The position numbers and the translations under genes were made by a program. A stretch of 32,000 bases of DNA from Gaiellaceae bacterium (GTDB lineage: Bacteria; Actinomycetota; Thermoleophilia; Gaiellales; Gaiellaceae). The stretch's first letter is position 1. Each line of letters starts with the position of its first letter. Where the stretch lies: positions 5,510 to 37,509 of the forward strand of contig DASQWB010000183.1 in NCBI GenBank assembly GCA_035640455.1, read 5' to 3'. The notes under the pieces were generated by a model, which searched no databases, was not told where the DNA came from, and was given only the letters and a program-made list of their open reading frames with translations. Of this stretch, positions 1 through 7,162 are shown one piece after another.

Positions 1-1133
1 ACGGCAAGAGCGACCCGTACACGCTGGGCGTGGAGGAGGAGTACATGCTCCTCGACGGCGAGACCTTCGACCTCGTCCAGCACGTGGACACGGTGCTCGC
101 GGCCACGTCCGGCCATGAGCTCGAGTCGCGCATCAACCCGGAGCTGATGCAGTCGGTGCTCGAGATCGCGACGCCGGTGTGCCATACGGCGGCCGACGTC
201 GAGCTCGAGCTGCGGAAGCTCCGCGGCTACGTCTGTGACCTCGCGCGGGAACGTGGGATGCGTGTCGGCTCGGCCGGGACGCACCCGTTCTCGCTCTTCG
301 AGCGCCAGCGGATCACGGCGCGCGACCGCTACCGGAACCTCGTCGACCAGATGCAGTACGTCGCCCGGCGAGAGCTGATCTTCGGCATGCACGTCCACGT
401 CGCCGTCGACGATCCCGAGAAGGCGATCCAGGTCGTGAACGGGCTGCTCGTCCACGTCCCGCTGCTGCTCGCGCTGTCGGCGAACTCGCCCTTCTGGCGC
501 GGCGAGCCGACCGGGCTCTCGTCGAGCCGGCAGATGGTGTTCGCCGCCTTCCCGCGCTCCGGGCCGCCGCCGCGCTTCGCCGACTACGGCGAGTACGCGG
601 AGGTCGTCGGCCAGCTCGAGAAGACCGGCTGCATCGCGGACTACACGCACATCTGGTGGGACATCCGTCTGCACCCGCGGCTCGGGACGATCGAGATCCG
701 CATCTGCGACGCGGTGACGCGGGTCGAGGAGGCGGTCGCCCTGACCGCCTACTGCCAGGCCCTCGTAAAGCACTTCTGCGAGCGGTACGAGCGCGGCGAG
801 GAGATCCCGTCGTACCACCGGATCCTGACCACCGAGAACAAGTGGCTCGCCGCCCGCTACGGGCTCGAGGCGCCCGTGATGGACCTCGCCACCGGCCGGC
901 GGAACCGCGTCTCGGTGGCGCAGCTCGTGCGGCGGACGCTGCGGGAGCTCGAGCCGCACGCGCGGGAGCTCGGCTCCGAGCGCGAGCTCGAGGGTGTGAA
1001 GGAAATCCTCTCACGCGGCAACGGCGCCGACCGCCAGCTGCGGATCTTCAACGCGAACCGCGACATCGTGGAGGTCGTCAGCGAGATCGCGGACGCGACG
1101 GAAGTTGCCGCCGTGCCTGTCTCAGCCCACTAG
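1..1133 (+). CDS. ybdK: carboxylate-amine ligase, YbdK / glutamate-cysteine ligase family 2 (5' end cut by window edge)
   Basis: The frame is open from nt 3 (GKSDPYTLGVEEEYMLLD), so the true start lies upstream of the window. The full-length match to the GCS2 pattern includes LGVEEEY, INPELMQSVLEI.TP, GTHPF, HVHV, SANSPFW and WWDIRLHP..GTIEIRICD. Stop is TAG at 1131-1133. Confidence 0.85.
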   Translation, partial: GKSDPYTLGVEEEYMLLDGETFDLVQHVDTVLAATSGHELESRINPELMQSVLEIATPVCHTAADVELELRKLRGYVCDLARERGMRVGSAGTHPFSLFERQRITARDRYRNLVDQMQYVARRELIFGMHVHVAVDDPEKAIQVVNGLLVHVPLLLALSANSPFWRGEPTGLSSSRQMVFAAFPRSGPPPRFADYGEYAEVVGQLEKTGCIADYTHIWWDIRLHPRLGTIEIRICDAVTRVEEAVALTAYCQALVKHFCERYERGEEIPSYHRILTTENKWLAARYGLEAPVMDLATGRRNRVSVAQLVRRTLRELEPHARELGSERELEGVKEILSRGNGADRQLRIFNANRDIVEVVSEIADATEVAAVPVSAH

Positions 1134-1741
1134 CGCCGGACGCGCTCGCAGCCAGACATGCCCTGATCGATCGGATCGAGACCCGCTACGACGTCGTGTC
1201 CGCCGCTGCAGTCGATCATGTCGAGGTTGCCGTCCCGCGCGCGGATGACGTCGTCGCCCGGGCCGGCGAGTAGCCACTGCGCGCACAGCGGGCCGCCGCT
1301 CGCGAGCATCCGCGACCCGGCTCGTACGTGGCAGCGCGTCAGGCGATCGCGGCCGTCGATCGTGTCGTCTCCGGTCCCGCCCATCACGACGGCGCCGCCG
1401 ACATGGCTGACGAAAACATCGTTGCCCGCTCCGCCGAGCAGGCGCTCGCGGCGATAGGGCGGATCGACCGGCCACGAATCGTTGAGCGGGCCGCCGTCGA
1501 GGACGTCGTTGCCGTCGCCGCCGTAGAGGTGATCCTTGCCGGTTCCACCGTGCACGACGTCGTTGCCGCGTCCGCCGTAGAGCTCGTCGTGGCCGGCGCC
1601 GCCGACGATCAGGTCCGGGCCTTTCGTGCCGAGCAAGGTGTCCGGACCGGCCGAGCCCATCACGATGTGCCGCACCGTCCCGCCGGCCGCGGCGCTCGCC
1701 GCTGCGACGAGCGCGACCGTGACGATCATCGTCGCTCTCAC
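1130..1741 (-). CDS. secreted calcium-binding protein with RTX / hemolysin-type GGxGxD nonapeptide repeats
   Basis: Repeats read GGAGHDELYGGRGNDVVHGGTGKDHLYGGDGNDVLDGG, and the C-terminal Cys motif is IDCSGGHDVV...GCERV. The signal-peptide-like N-terminus (M)RATMIVTVALVAAASAAAGG starts at in-frame GTG 1741; ATG 1729 is an alternative. The upstream part of the 1130..1930 ORF is Arg-rich and overlaps the promoter region. Confidence 0.75.
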   Translation of the reverse strand: MRATMIVTVALVAAASAAAGGTVRHIVMGSAGPDTLLGTKGPDLIVGGAGHDELYGGRGNDVVHGGTGKDHLYGGDGNDVLDGGPLNDSWPVDPPYRRERLLGGAGNDVFVSHVGGAVVMGGTGDDTIDGRDRLTRCHVRAGSRMLASGGPLCAQWLLAGPGDDVIRARDGNLDMIDCSGGHDVVAGLDPIDQGMSGCERVRR

Positions 1742-1746
1742 ACGAG

Positions 1747-1775
1747 CTACTACGACTGCAGCGCGAGCGGGGTCC
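1747..1775 (-). promoter_or_regulatory. putative ECF-type promoter facing the RTX gene (GGACCCCGC-N11-TCGTA-GTAG)
   Basis: The minus strand reads GGACCCCGC (1775-1767), an 11-nt spacer, then TCGTA (1755-1751), 9 nt before GTG 1741. It is nearly identical to the motif on the other strand at 1815-1843. The -35 ACC core and -10 CGT core resemble the generic ECF promoter architecture. Confidence 0.35.
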
Positions 1776-1814
1776 ACGGACCTCGAAAGGTCCACTGGCC
1801 GTACTCGCCGCGAT

Positions 1815-1843
1815 GGACCCCGCCAGCAAACCCGCTCGTATAG
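1815..1843 (+). promoter_or_regulatory. putative autoregulatory ECF-type promoter of the sigma-factor operon (GGACCCCGC-N12-TCGTA-TAG)
   Basis: The plus strand reads GGACCCCGC (1815-1823), a 12-nt spacer, then TCGTA (1836-1840), 10 nt before ATG 1851. This implies a very short or absent leader. Confidence 0.35.
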
Positions 1844-1850
1844 TCGGCGC

Positions 1851-2393
1851 ATGGCCGCGAGCCGGCACGAGCGCGCCTGGGTCCGAGGCGCCCGGGCCGG
1901 CTCCGCCGCGGACGTCGAGGCGCTCTTCAAGCACCACTGGCCGCTCGCCTACCGCGCCGCCTACCTCGTCGTCCACGACGCCGCGGCCGCGGAGGACATC
2001 GCGCAGGAGGCCTTCCTCGCCGCCCTGCGCGCCCTCGACCGCTTCGACCGCCGCCGGCCGTTCGGGCCGTGGCTGCACCGGATCGTCGTCAACCGGGCGA
2101 TCGACTGGGCCCGCGCCCGCGCGCTGCGGGCCGAGGTCTCCGACGACGGGACGCTCGAACGGGCCGCCGCGCGCGAGCGTCCGCGCGAGGGGGACACCGA
2201 CGCGCGGGCGCTCGCGGGCGGCCTCCGCCGGCTGTCGCCGGAGCACCGGGCCGTGATCGTCCTCCGCCACCTGCTCGAGTACACGCCGGGCGAGATCGCC
2301 GAGCTCCTCGAGCTGCCGCGCGGAACAGTCAACTCGCGGCTGCGGCGGGGCCTCGACGAGCTGCGCGAGACGATCGGCGAGGAGCTCCGATGA
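1851..2393 (+). CDS. ECF (extracytoplasmic function) RNA polymerase sigma-70 family factor
   Basis: Region 2 reads DIAQEAFLAALRALDRFDRRRPFGPWLHRIVVNRAIDWAR. Region 4 HTH reads LSPEHRAVIVLRHLLEYTPGEIAELLELPRGTVNSRLRRGLDELR. The ATG at 1851 is the first start after the divergent promoter region. The stop overlaps the next start as ATGA. Confidence 0.9.
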   Translation: MAASRHERAWVRGARAGSAADVEALFKHHWPLAYRAAYLVVHDAAAAEDIAQEAFLAALRALDRFDRRRPFGPWLHRIVVNRAIDWARARALRAEVSDDGTLERAAARERPREGDTDARALAGGLRRLSPEHRAVIVLRHLLEYTPGEIAELLELPRGTVNSRLRRGLDELRETIGEELR

Positions 2394-3526
2394 GGCTCCG
2401 CACCCTCCTCCGCGAGCTTCCGCTCCCGAACGAGGACGAGGCAGCGCGGCGCAGCCTCGCCGTCGTCCGTGCCGCATTCGCCGCCCGGGAGCCCGTCCAG
2501 CGTCGGCGGGCGTACCTCAAGCCTGCGCTCGCGATCGCGGTCGTGGCCGCGCTCGTCGCCGCCGCCCTCAGCCCGCCCGGCCGCGCCGTCCTCGGCTCGC
2601 TGCGGAAGACGGTCGCGGGCGAGAAGCGCGTCGTCGCGACCGAGCTCTTCGCCCTCCCGACCGGCGGCCGCCTGCTCGTGAACTCCCCGCGCGGCCCGTG
2701 GATCGTGCAGCCGAACGGCTCGCGGCGGCTGCTCGGGCGCTACCGCGACGCGGCCTGGTCGCCGCACGGCCTCTACGTCGTCGCGACGCGGGCGAACGAG
2801 GTGGTCGCCGTCGATCCGAAGGGCGTCGTCAAGTGGACGCTGCCGCGGCGGCAGGTCCGCTTCGCCCGCTGGGGCGGCAGCCGCGTCGACACGCGCGTCG
2901 CCTACCTCAGCGGCTCGCGGCTCCACATGGTCGCCGGTGACGGGACGGGCGACGTCGATCTCTGCGGCGAGCCGCCCGCGGCGCGGATCGCGCCGGCATG
3001 GCAACCGACCCCGGTTCGCGTCGTCGCCTACGCCGACGCGCGCGGCCGGGTGTCGGTCATCGACGCCGACACGTGCTCGCTGGCGTGGCGCTCGCCGCCC
3101 TTCCCGGAGCCGCGGGCGCTCCGCTGGTCGGACGACGGCCGCCGCCTGCTCCTCGTCACGCGCGACAAGCTCGCCGTCTTCGGGCTCAGCCGCGGCACGC
3201 CCCTCGCCGTGCGCTGGATGCGCGGCGTCACGGACGCGGCCTTCGCCCCGCGCAGCCACGAGCTCGCGCTCGTCCGCCGCGGCGAGGTGCTCGCGCTGAG
3301 TGCCGATCGCCTGCGCGCGACGCCGCGCCGGCTCTTCCGCCTCACCGGCCGGATCGGCCAGATCGCTTGGTCGCCGAACGGTCGCTGGCTGCTCGTGACA
3401 TGGCCCGACGCCGACCAGTTCCTCTTCGTCCGCGGCCGGCACATCCGCGCGGTCTCGGGCATCTCGCGCCAGTTCGGCGGCGGCGCGTTCCCGTCGATCG
3501 GCGGCTGGTGCTGCACCTCGTCCTAG
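2390..3526 (+). CDS. single-pass membrane protein, probable anti-sigma factor with extracytoplasmic beta-propeller (PD40/TolB-like) domain
   Basis: ATG 2390 overlaps the sigma stop (ATGA). A short cytoplasmic N-terminus is followed by a TM helix (LKPALAIAVVAALVAAAL). Repeated WSPHGLYVVA / WSDDGRRLLLV / WSPNGRWLLV blades follow. The position right after an ECF sigma gene is typical of anti-sigma factors, but no zinc HxxxCxxC motif was seen. Confidence 0.6.
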   Translation: MRLRTLLRELPLPNEDEAARRSLAVVRAAFAAREPVQRRRAYLKPALAIAVVAALVAAALSPPGRAVLGSLRKTVAGEKRVVATELFALPTGGRLLVNSPRGPWIVQPNGSRRLLGRYRDAAWSPHGLYVVATRANEVVAVDPKGVVKWTLPRRQVRFARWGGSRVDTRVAYLSGSRLHMVAGDGTGDVDLCGEPPAARIAPAWQPTPVRVVAYADARGRVSVIDADTCSLAWRSPPFPEPRALRWSDDGRRLLLVTRDKLAVFGLSRGTPLAVRWMRGVTDAAFAPRSHELALVRRGEVLALSADRLRATPRRLFRLTGRIGQIAWSPNGRWLLVTWPDADQFLFVRGRHIRAVSGISRQFGGGAFPSIGGWCCTSS

Positions 3527-5124
3527 CCGCGGCGCTCGCGCTCGGCGGGCACTCCGCCGCCGCGCATCCGTTCTCGGCGCACGGGATCTCGGGCGCCCTC
3601 CCACCCGGCTGGCGCGTCCTGCACCGGCGCTTCACGCCCTGCACCGACCCGCAGGAGGTGCTCGCGGTCTCGTCGTTCCCGGTTGCGAAGCGCGCGCGGA
3701 TGGACCCGCACGGCGCCTTCCTGCTCCTCGAGGAGCGGCACGGCTCGACCGACGGGCTGCCGCCGCGGCCGGCGCGCTTCTCGCTCGCCGACCCTCCGCA
3801 GGCGCTCACCTGCTGCGAGCCCTTCGCCGGCGCTCCCGGCTGGAGCGTGCGCTTCCAGGCCGCCGGTCGCGGCTTCTATGGGTACGCGTACGTCGGAGCG
3901 AACGCGAGCTCGCGACTGCGTGGCGAGCTCCTCGGGGTCCTCGACGGCCTCCGCTTCGCCGACCACCGGTCGCGCTCGCTCGGCCTGCCGTGGGCGGGCC
4001 GGCTGGTCGGCGGCGTCCAGCTCCCGGCGGCCGGGCGGCACTTCTTCACCTGGGACCCGGTCCTGCGCCGGAAGCCCGATCGCGACTGGCGGCGCTACGG
4101 GAATGCGCGCGTCGTCCGGACGGTCCTGCGCGTCGTCGACGCCTACGCGGCCTCACACCCGCACGCGGCGCGGCTCGGGATCGGCGACCTGAGCCGACCG
4201 CACGGCGGTGACTTCGGCCCGCGGTTCGGCGGGCTCGGGCACGTCTCGCACCAGAACGGGCTCGACGTGGACGTCTACTACCCGCGCCGCGACGGTCGCG
4301 AGGCGGCGCCGACGCGCCCAGCGCAGATCGACCACGCCCTGGCGCAGGATCTCGTCGACCGCTTCGTCCGGGCCGGCGCGGTGCGCGTCTTCGTCGGCCC
4401 CTCGACCGGGCTGACCGGCCCGCGCCGCGTCGTCTCCGTTCTCGCGCACCACGACAACCACCTGCACGCGCGCTTCGCCGTCCGGTCGGTTCGGCGGACC
4501 GTCTTCCTCGGCCGCTCCGTCCGCGGCGTCCCGATCTCGGCGCTCGAGCGCGGCGACCCAGGGAGCTCGCGGAAGGTGCTCGTCGTCGGCTGCATCCACG
4601 GCAACGAGTGCGCGGGGCTCGCGGTCGTCCGGCTCCTGGCCCGGGCGCGCTTGCGCGGCGACGTCGACCTCTGGCTCCTGCCGAACCTCAACCCCGACGG
4701 CTACGCGGCCGGCACGCGGCAGAACGCGCACGGCGTCGACCTCAACCGCAACTTCCCCGCGATGTGGAAGCGGACCGGCCGGCGCGGGAGCCTCCAGTGG
4801 TCGGGGCCGCGGCCGCTCTCGGAGCCCGAGTCGCAGATCGCCCGCCGGCTGATCCTCCGGCTGCGGCCCGCGCTGACGCTCTGGTTCCACCAGCCGCAGG
4901 CGCTCGTCCGCGCCTGGGGGCCGAGCATCCCCGCGGCGCGACGCTACGCCCGGCTCGCCGGCGTGCCCTTTCGCGCCCTCGCCTGGCCGAACGGGACGGT
5001 CTCGAACTGGCAGAACCACCTCGATCCGCGCGCCGCGTCGTTCGTCGTCGAGCTGCCGGGCGGGCCGCTCACGCCCTCCGCGGCGAAGCCTTACGCCGAC
5101 GCCCTGCTCCGCCTGGCGCAGTAG
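3508..5124 (+). CDS. secreted multidomain peptidoglycan peptidase: unknown N-domain + LAS/M74 MepA-like endopeptidase + M14 MpaA-like carboxypeptidase/amidase
   Basis: A signal-like sequence (M)LHLVLAAALALGGHSAAA starts at GTG 3508. LAS zinc motifs are HVSHQNGLDVD (4240-4272) and HHDNHLH (4447-4467). M14 motifs are HGNE (4597-4608), LPNLNPDG and VDLNRNF. The start is uncertain; CTG 3505 and ATG 3400 are alternatives. Confidence 0.8.
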   Translation: MLHLVLAAALALGGHSAAAHPFSAHGISGALPPGWRVLHRRFTPCTDPQEVLAVSSFPVAKRARMDPHGAFLLLEERHGSTDGLPPRPARFSLADPPQALTCCEPFAGAPGWSVRFQAAGRGFYGYAYVGANASSRLRGELLGVLDGLRFADHRSRSLGLPWAGRLVGGVQLPAAGRHFFTWDPVLRRKPDRDWRRYGNARVVRTVLRVVDAYAASHPHAARLGIGDLSRPHGGDFGPRFGGLGHVSHQNGLDVDVYYPRRDGREAAPTRPAQIDHALAQDLVDRFVRAGAVRVFVGPSTGLTGPRRVVSVLAHHDNHLHARFAVRSVRRTVFLGRSVRGVPISALERGDPGSSRKVLVVGCIHGNECAGLAVVRLLARARLRGDVDLWLLPNLNPDGYAAGTRQNAHGVDLNRNFPAMWKRTGRRGSLQWSGPRPLSEPESQIARRLILRLRPALTLWFHQPQALVRAWGPSIPAARRYARLAGVPFRALAWPNGTVSNWQNHLDPRAASFVVELPGGPLTPSAAKPYADALLRLAQ

Positions 5125-5133
5125 GGTCCCGCC

Positions 5134-5592
5134 ATGCTGCAGGCAGGCGACCGCGTGCCGGAGGCAACGGTGTGGCTCGCGCCGCGCGAGCCGCTCACCA
5201 TCGGTGAGCTCGCCGCCGACGTGCCGATCCTCCTTTTCTTCTACCTCTTCGACTGGTCGTCGACCTGAACGAACGAGATGGAGCTCCTGCGTGACAGGAG
5301 CGAGCAGTTCGCGGAGGCGGGCGTCCACCCATATGGCATCTCCCGCGACTCGCCGTGGACGCACATCGCGTGGATGCAGGCGCTCGACCTGAACTTCCCG
5401 CTCCTCTCGGACTGGAACGCCGAGGCGGTGCAGGCCTTCGGGATCGCGCACGAGTTCCGCGGCATGCACGACGTCGCCGAGCGGACGGCGTTCCTCGTCG
5501 ACCCCGGCGGTACGGTCCGCCGCGCATGGAGCTACGGGACGGACCAGGTGCCCGACTTCGACGAGCTGCTCGCGGCCGCGCAGCCTACGTAG
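5134..5592 (+). CDS. AhpE-like 1-Cys peroxiredoxin with in-frame UGA (probable selenocysteine) at the peroxidatic position
   Basis: Translation from ATG 5134 gives MLQAGDRVPEATVWLAPREPLTIGELAADVPILLFFYLFDWSST-[TGA 5266-5268]-TNEMELLRDRSEQF.... This continues in the same frame into the 5278..5592 ORF. Remembered against M. tuberculosis AhpE (VLLVFFPLAFTGICQGELDQLRD), the TGA sits exactly where the catalytic Cys is. Downstream Prx blocks are present (FPLLSDW, and the conserved Arg in ERTAFLVDPGG). There is no Cys anywhere in the 152-codon product. Confidence 0.65.
5270..5311 (+). other. SECIS-like two-part RNA stem-loop immediately 3' of the in-frame UGA
   Basis: The lower stem is CGAAC (5270-5274) paired with GTTCG (5307-5311). 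The upper stem is GCTCCTG (5283-5289) paired with CAGGAGC (5295-5301). The 5-nt apical loop CGUGA (5290-5294) contains GU and begins 21 nt after the UGA. This geometry is comparable to bacterial SECIS elements. Confidence 0.5.
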
Positions 5593-7142
5593 CGCTCGCC
5601 TGCGCCCTCTACCTCGGAGCCGGCGTCGCGGCGACGTGGCCGGCCGTCCAACACGCGGGCTCGGAGTTCATGGCCGGCGGAGCTCCCGGTCACGGCGAGG
5701 CGGCGCCGGGCGACCACCTGCAGACGCTCTACCACCTCTGGCTCGTCGGCCACCAGCTCGACCACGGCCACGCGCCCTGGCGCGACCCGTACAGCTTCCG
5801 GCCCGAGGCGAAGCCGACGCTCAACTTCGCCGGCTGGCCGCTCGGGTTCGCGTTCTGGCCTTTGGACGCGGCATTGGGCGCCGTTCGCGGCTGGAACGCC
5901 TTCGTGCTCTTGACGTACCTCGGCGCCGGCGGGCTCGCCTGCCTCTGGCTCCGCGAGCTCGGGCTGCCGCGGGGGGCGGCGCTCGCGGGCGGCCTCGCGT
6001 TCGCGATCGCGCCTTACCGCGTGGGGCAGAGCGTCGGCCACCTGCTTGGGCCGATCTCGATCCTGCTCCCGCTCGCGCTCTACGCGCTCGAGCGGCGGTG
6101 GCTCGTCGTCGCGGTCGCTGCCGTCGTCTCGATTCCCCTGTCGGGTCAGGTGCACCTGGCCCTGGGAGCCGTGCCCTTCTTCTGCGCGTACGCCCTCGTC
6201 CGGCGCCGGGATCTGCGGACGTGGGTGACCGTGGAAGCGGCCGTCGCTTTGGCGGTCGCCGCGGGCTTCCTCGTCAAGACGACGACGATCGACCGCTCGC
6301 ACCTGGCAGGAGGACGGTCGCTGCACGCCGTCTCGCAGTACTCCGCCGGCTGGGGCGACTTCGTCGACCGCCACAAGGGCCATCAGGCCGAGCAGTTCGT
6401 GTTCCTCGGCTGGGCCACGCCCGTGCTGGCCGTGGTCGGGCTCGTGCTGCTGTGGCGCGGGAGGCGCGGCCTGGCGGCGGTGCTCGGCCTCGGCGCCGTC
6501 GTGCCGATCCTGCTCGCGCTGGGGACATCGACGCCGCTCTACTCGGGCCTGTGGCACGCGCTGCCGCCGTTCCGCTACCCACGAGTGCCGGAGCGGCTCA
6601 TGCCGATCGCGTGCCTCTGCCTCGCGGGGCTCGTTGCGTTCGCCGTCGCGCGTTCGCGGCGCGCGGTCGTCGTGCCGGCGTTGGCGGTCGCGCTGCTCCT
6701 CGTCGACCTGCACGTGCGGGTCTACGGCGCGTCGGCTGCGGACGCGGGCAATCGCGCCTATGCGGCGCTCCGCGAGGCGCCGCCCGGCCGCATGCTCGAG
6801 CTGCCGGTCTTCATGCCCGACCTCCACTACGGGAGCGTCTACATGTACTACGACATGCAGGCGCGGCGCGAGCGGCCGGCCGGGTACTCCACCATTGCGC
6901 CGCGGGCCGCGTACGACCTCCTGCGGACGCTGCTGCCCGTGAACTGCGGCCGCTTCGACGCCGCGCAGCTCGCGACGCTTCGCCGGCTCGGCGTCCGCTA
7001 CGTCGCCGTCCACCGCGCGCTCTTCCGCTACCGGCGGGTCGAGGGCCAGCCGTGCACGCCGCCGCCCGCGCGACGGCTTCGCTCGTTCCGTGTGCTCGCG
7101 TCGGACGGCGAGGTCACGATCTTCGACCTCGCCGCGTTCTAG
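5526..7142 (+). CDS. polytopic integral membrane protein, possible GT-C-type glycosyl/arabinosyl-transferase-like protein
   Basis: At least 10 hydrophobic segments are visible. The first extracytoplasmic loop carries GDHLQTLYHLWLVGHQL, and a soluble C-terminal domain follows. ATG 5526 gives a positively charged N-terminus before TM1 but overlaps the Prx gene by 67 nt. The family assignment is weak. Confidence 0.65.
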   Translation: MELRDGPGARLRRAARGRAAYVALACALYLGAGVAATWPAVQHAGSEFMAGGAPGHGEAAPGDHLQTLYHLWLVGHQLDHGHAPWRDPYSFRPEAKPTLNFAGWPLGFAFWPLDAALGAVRGWNAFVLLTYLGAGGLACLWLRELGLPRGAALAGGLAFAIAPYRVGQSVGHLLGPISILLPLALYALERRWLVVAVAAVVSIPLSGQVHLALGAVPFFCAYALVRRRDLRTWVTVEAAVALAVAAGFLVKTTTIDRSHLAGGRSLHAVSQYSAGWGDFVDRHKGHQAEQFVFLGWATPVLAVVGLVLLWRGRRGLAAVLGLGAVVPILLALGTSTPLYSGLWHALPPFRYPRVPERLMPIACLCLAGLVAFAVARSRRAVVVPALAVALLLVDLHVRVYGASAADAGNRAYAALREAPPGRMLELPVFMPDLHYGSVYMYYDMQARRERPAGYSTIAPRAAYDLLRTLLPVNCGRFDAAQLATLRRLGVRYVAVHRALFRYRRVEGQPCTPPPARRLRSFRVLASDGEVTIFDLAAF

Positions 7143-7162
7143 GAAGGTCTTCGCGAGGTGCT

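Noticed and set aside
1130-1133. Convergent genes sharing palindromic stop-codon tetramers: CTAG at 1130-1133 and TTAA at 30458-30461
   Set aside because: The overlaps are real, but they are a trivial result of tight packing and have no evident function.
3400-3507. Upstream ATG 3400 for the peptidase, giving an RR-containing, Tat-like leader (..VDRRLVLHLVLAAALALGG)
   Set aside because: It would overlap 127 nt of the anti-sigma gene, whose C-terminus looks genuinely coding. GTG 3508 needs only a 19-nt overlap. The case is uncertain, because the twin-Arg idea is attractive but unsupported.
1122-3604. Long minus-strand ORFs (1122-2477, 451 aa; 1961-3604, 547 aa) antisense to the RTX-sigma-anti-sigma region
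   Set aside because: They are extremely Arg/Pro/Ala/Gly-rich with no recognisable motifs. They lie opposite genes with clear family signatures. They are typical shadow ORFs, caused by stop-codon depletion in DNA of about 75% GC.
5266-5280. Treating the peroxiredoxin as a short gene starting at ATG 5278, or as a simple nonsense pseudogene
   Set aside because: Starting at 5278 would delete the whole active-site strand and helix. The 44 codons before the TGA are intact and family-typical, the TGA sits on the catalytic Cys column, and a SECIS-like hairpin follows. I cannot fully exclude a pseudogene, so the alternative is kept as the refutation condition of the finding.
5636-7162. 5' extensions of several listed ORFs: 5636-7162 of the 1414-aa ORF, 2069-2389, 2998-3507, 19776-20525, 21378-22445, 26055-26387, 26831-27136 and 29157-29813
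   Set aside because: The extensions are Arg-rich out-of-frame read-through across neighbouring real genes. Family similarity, signal peptides and SD sequences all begin at the internal starts used in the feature list.
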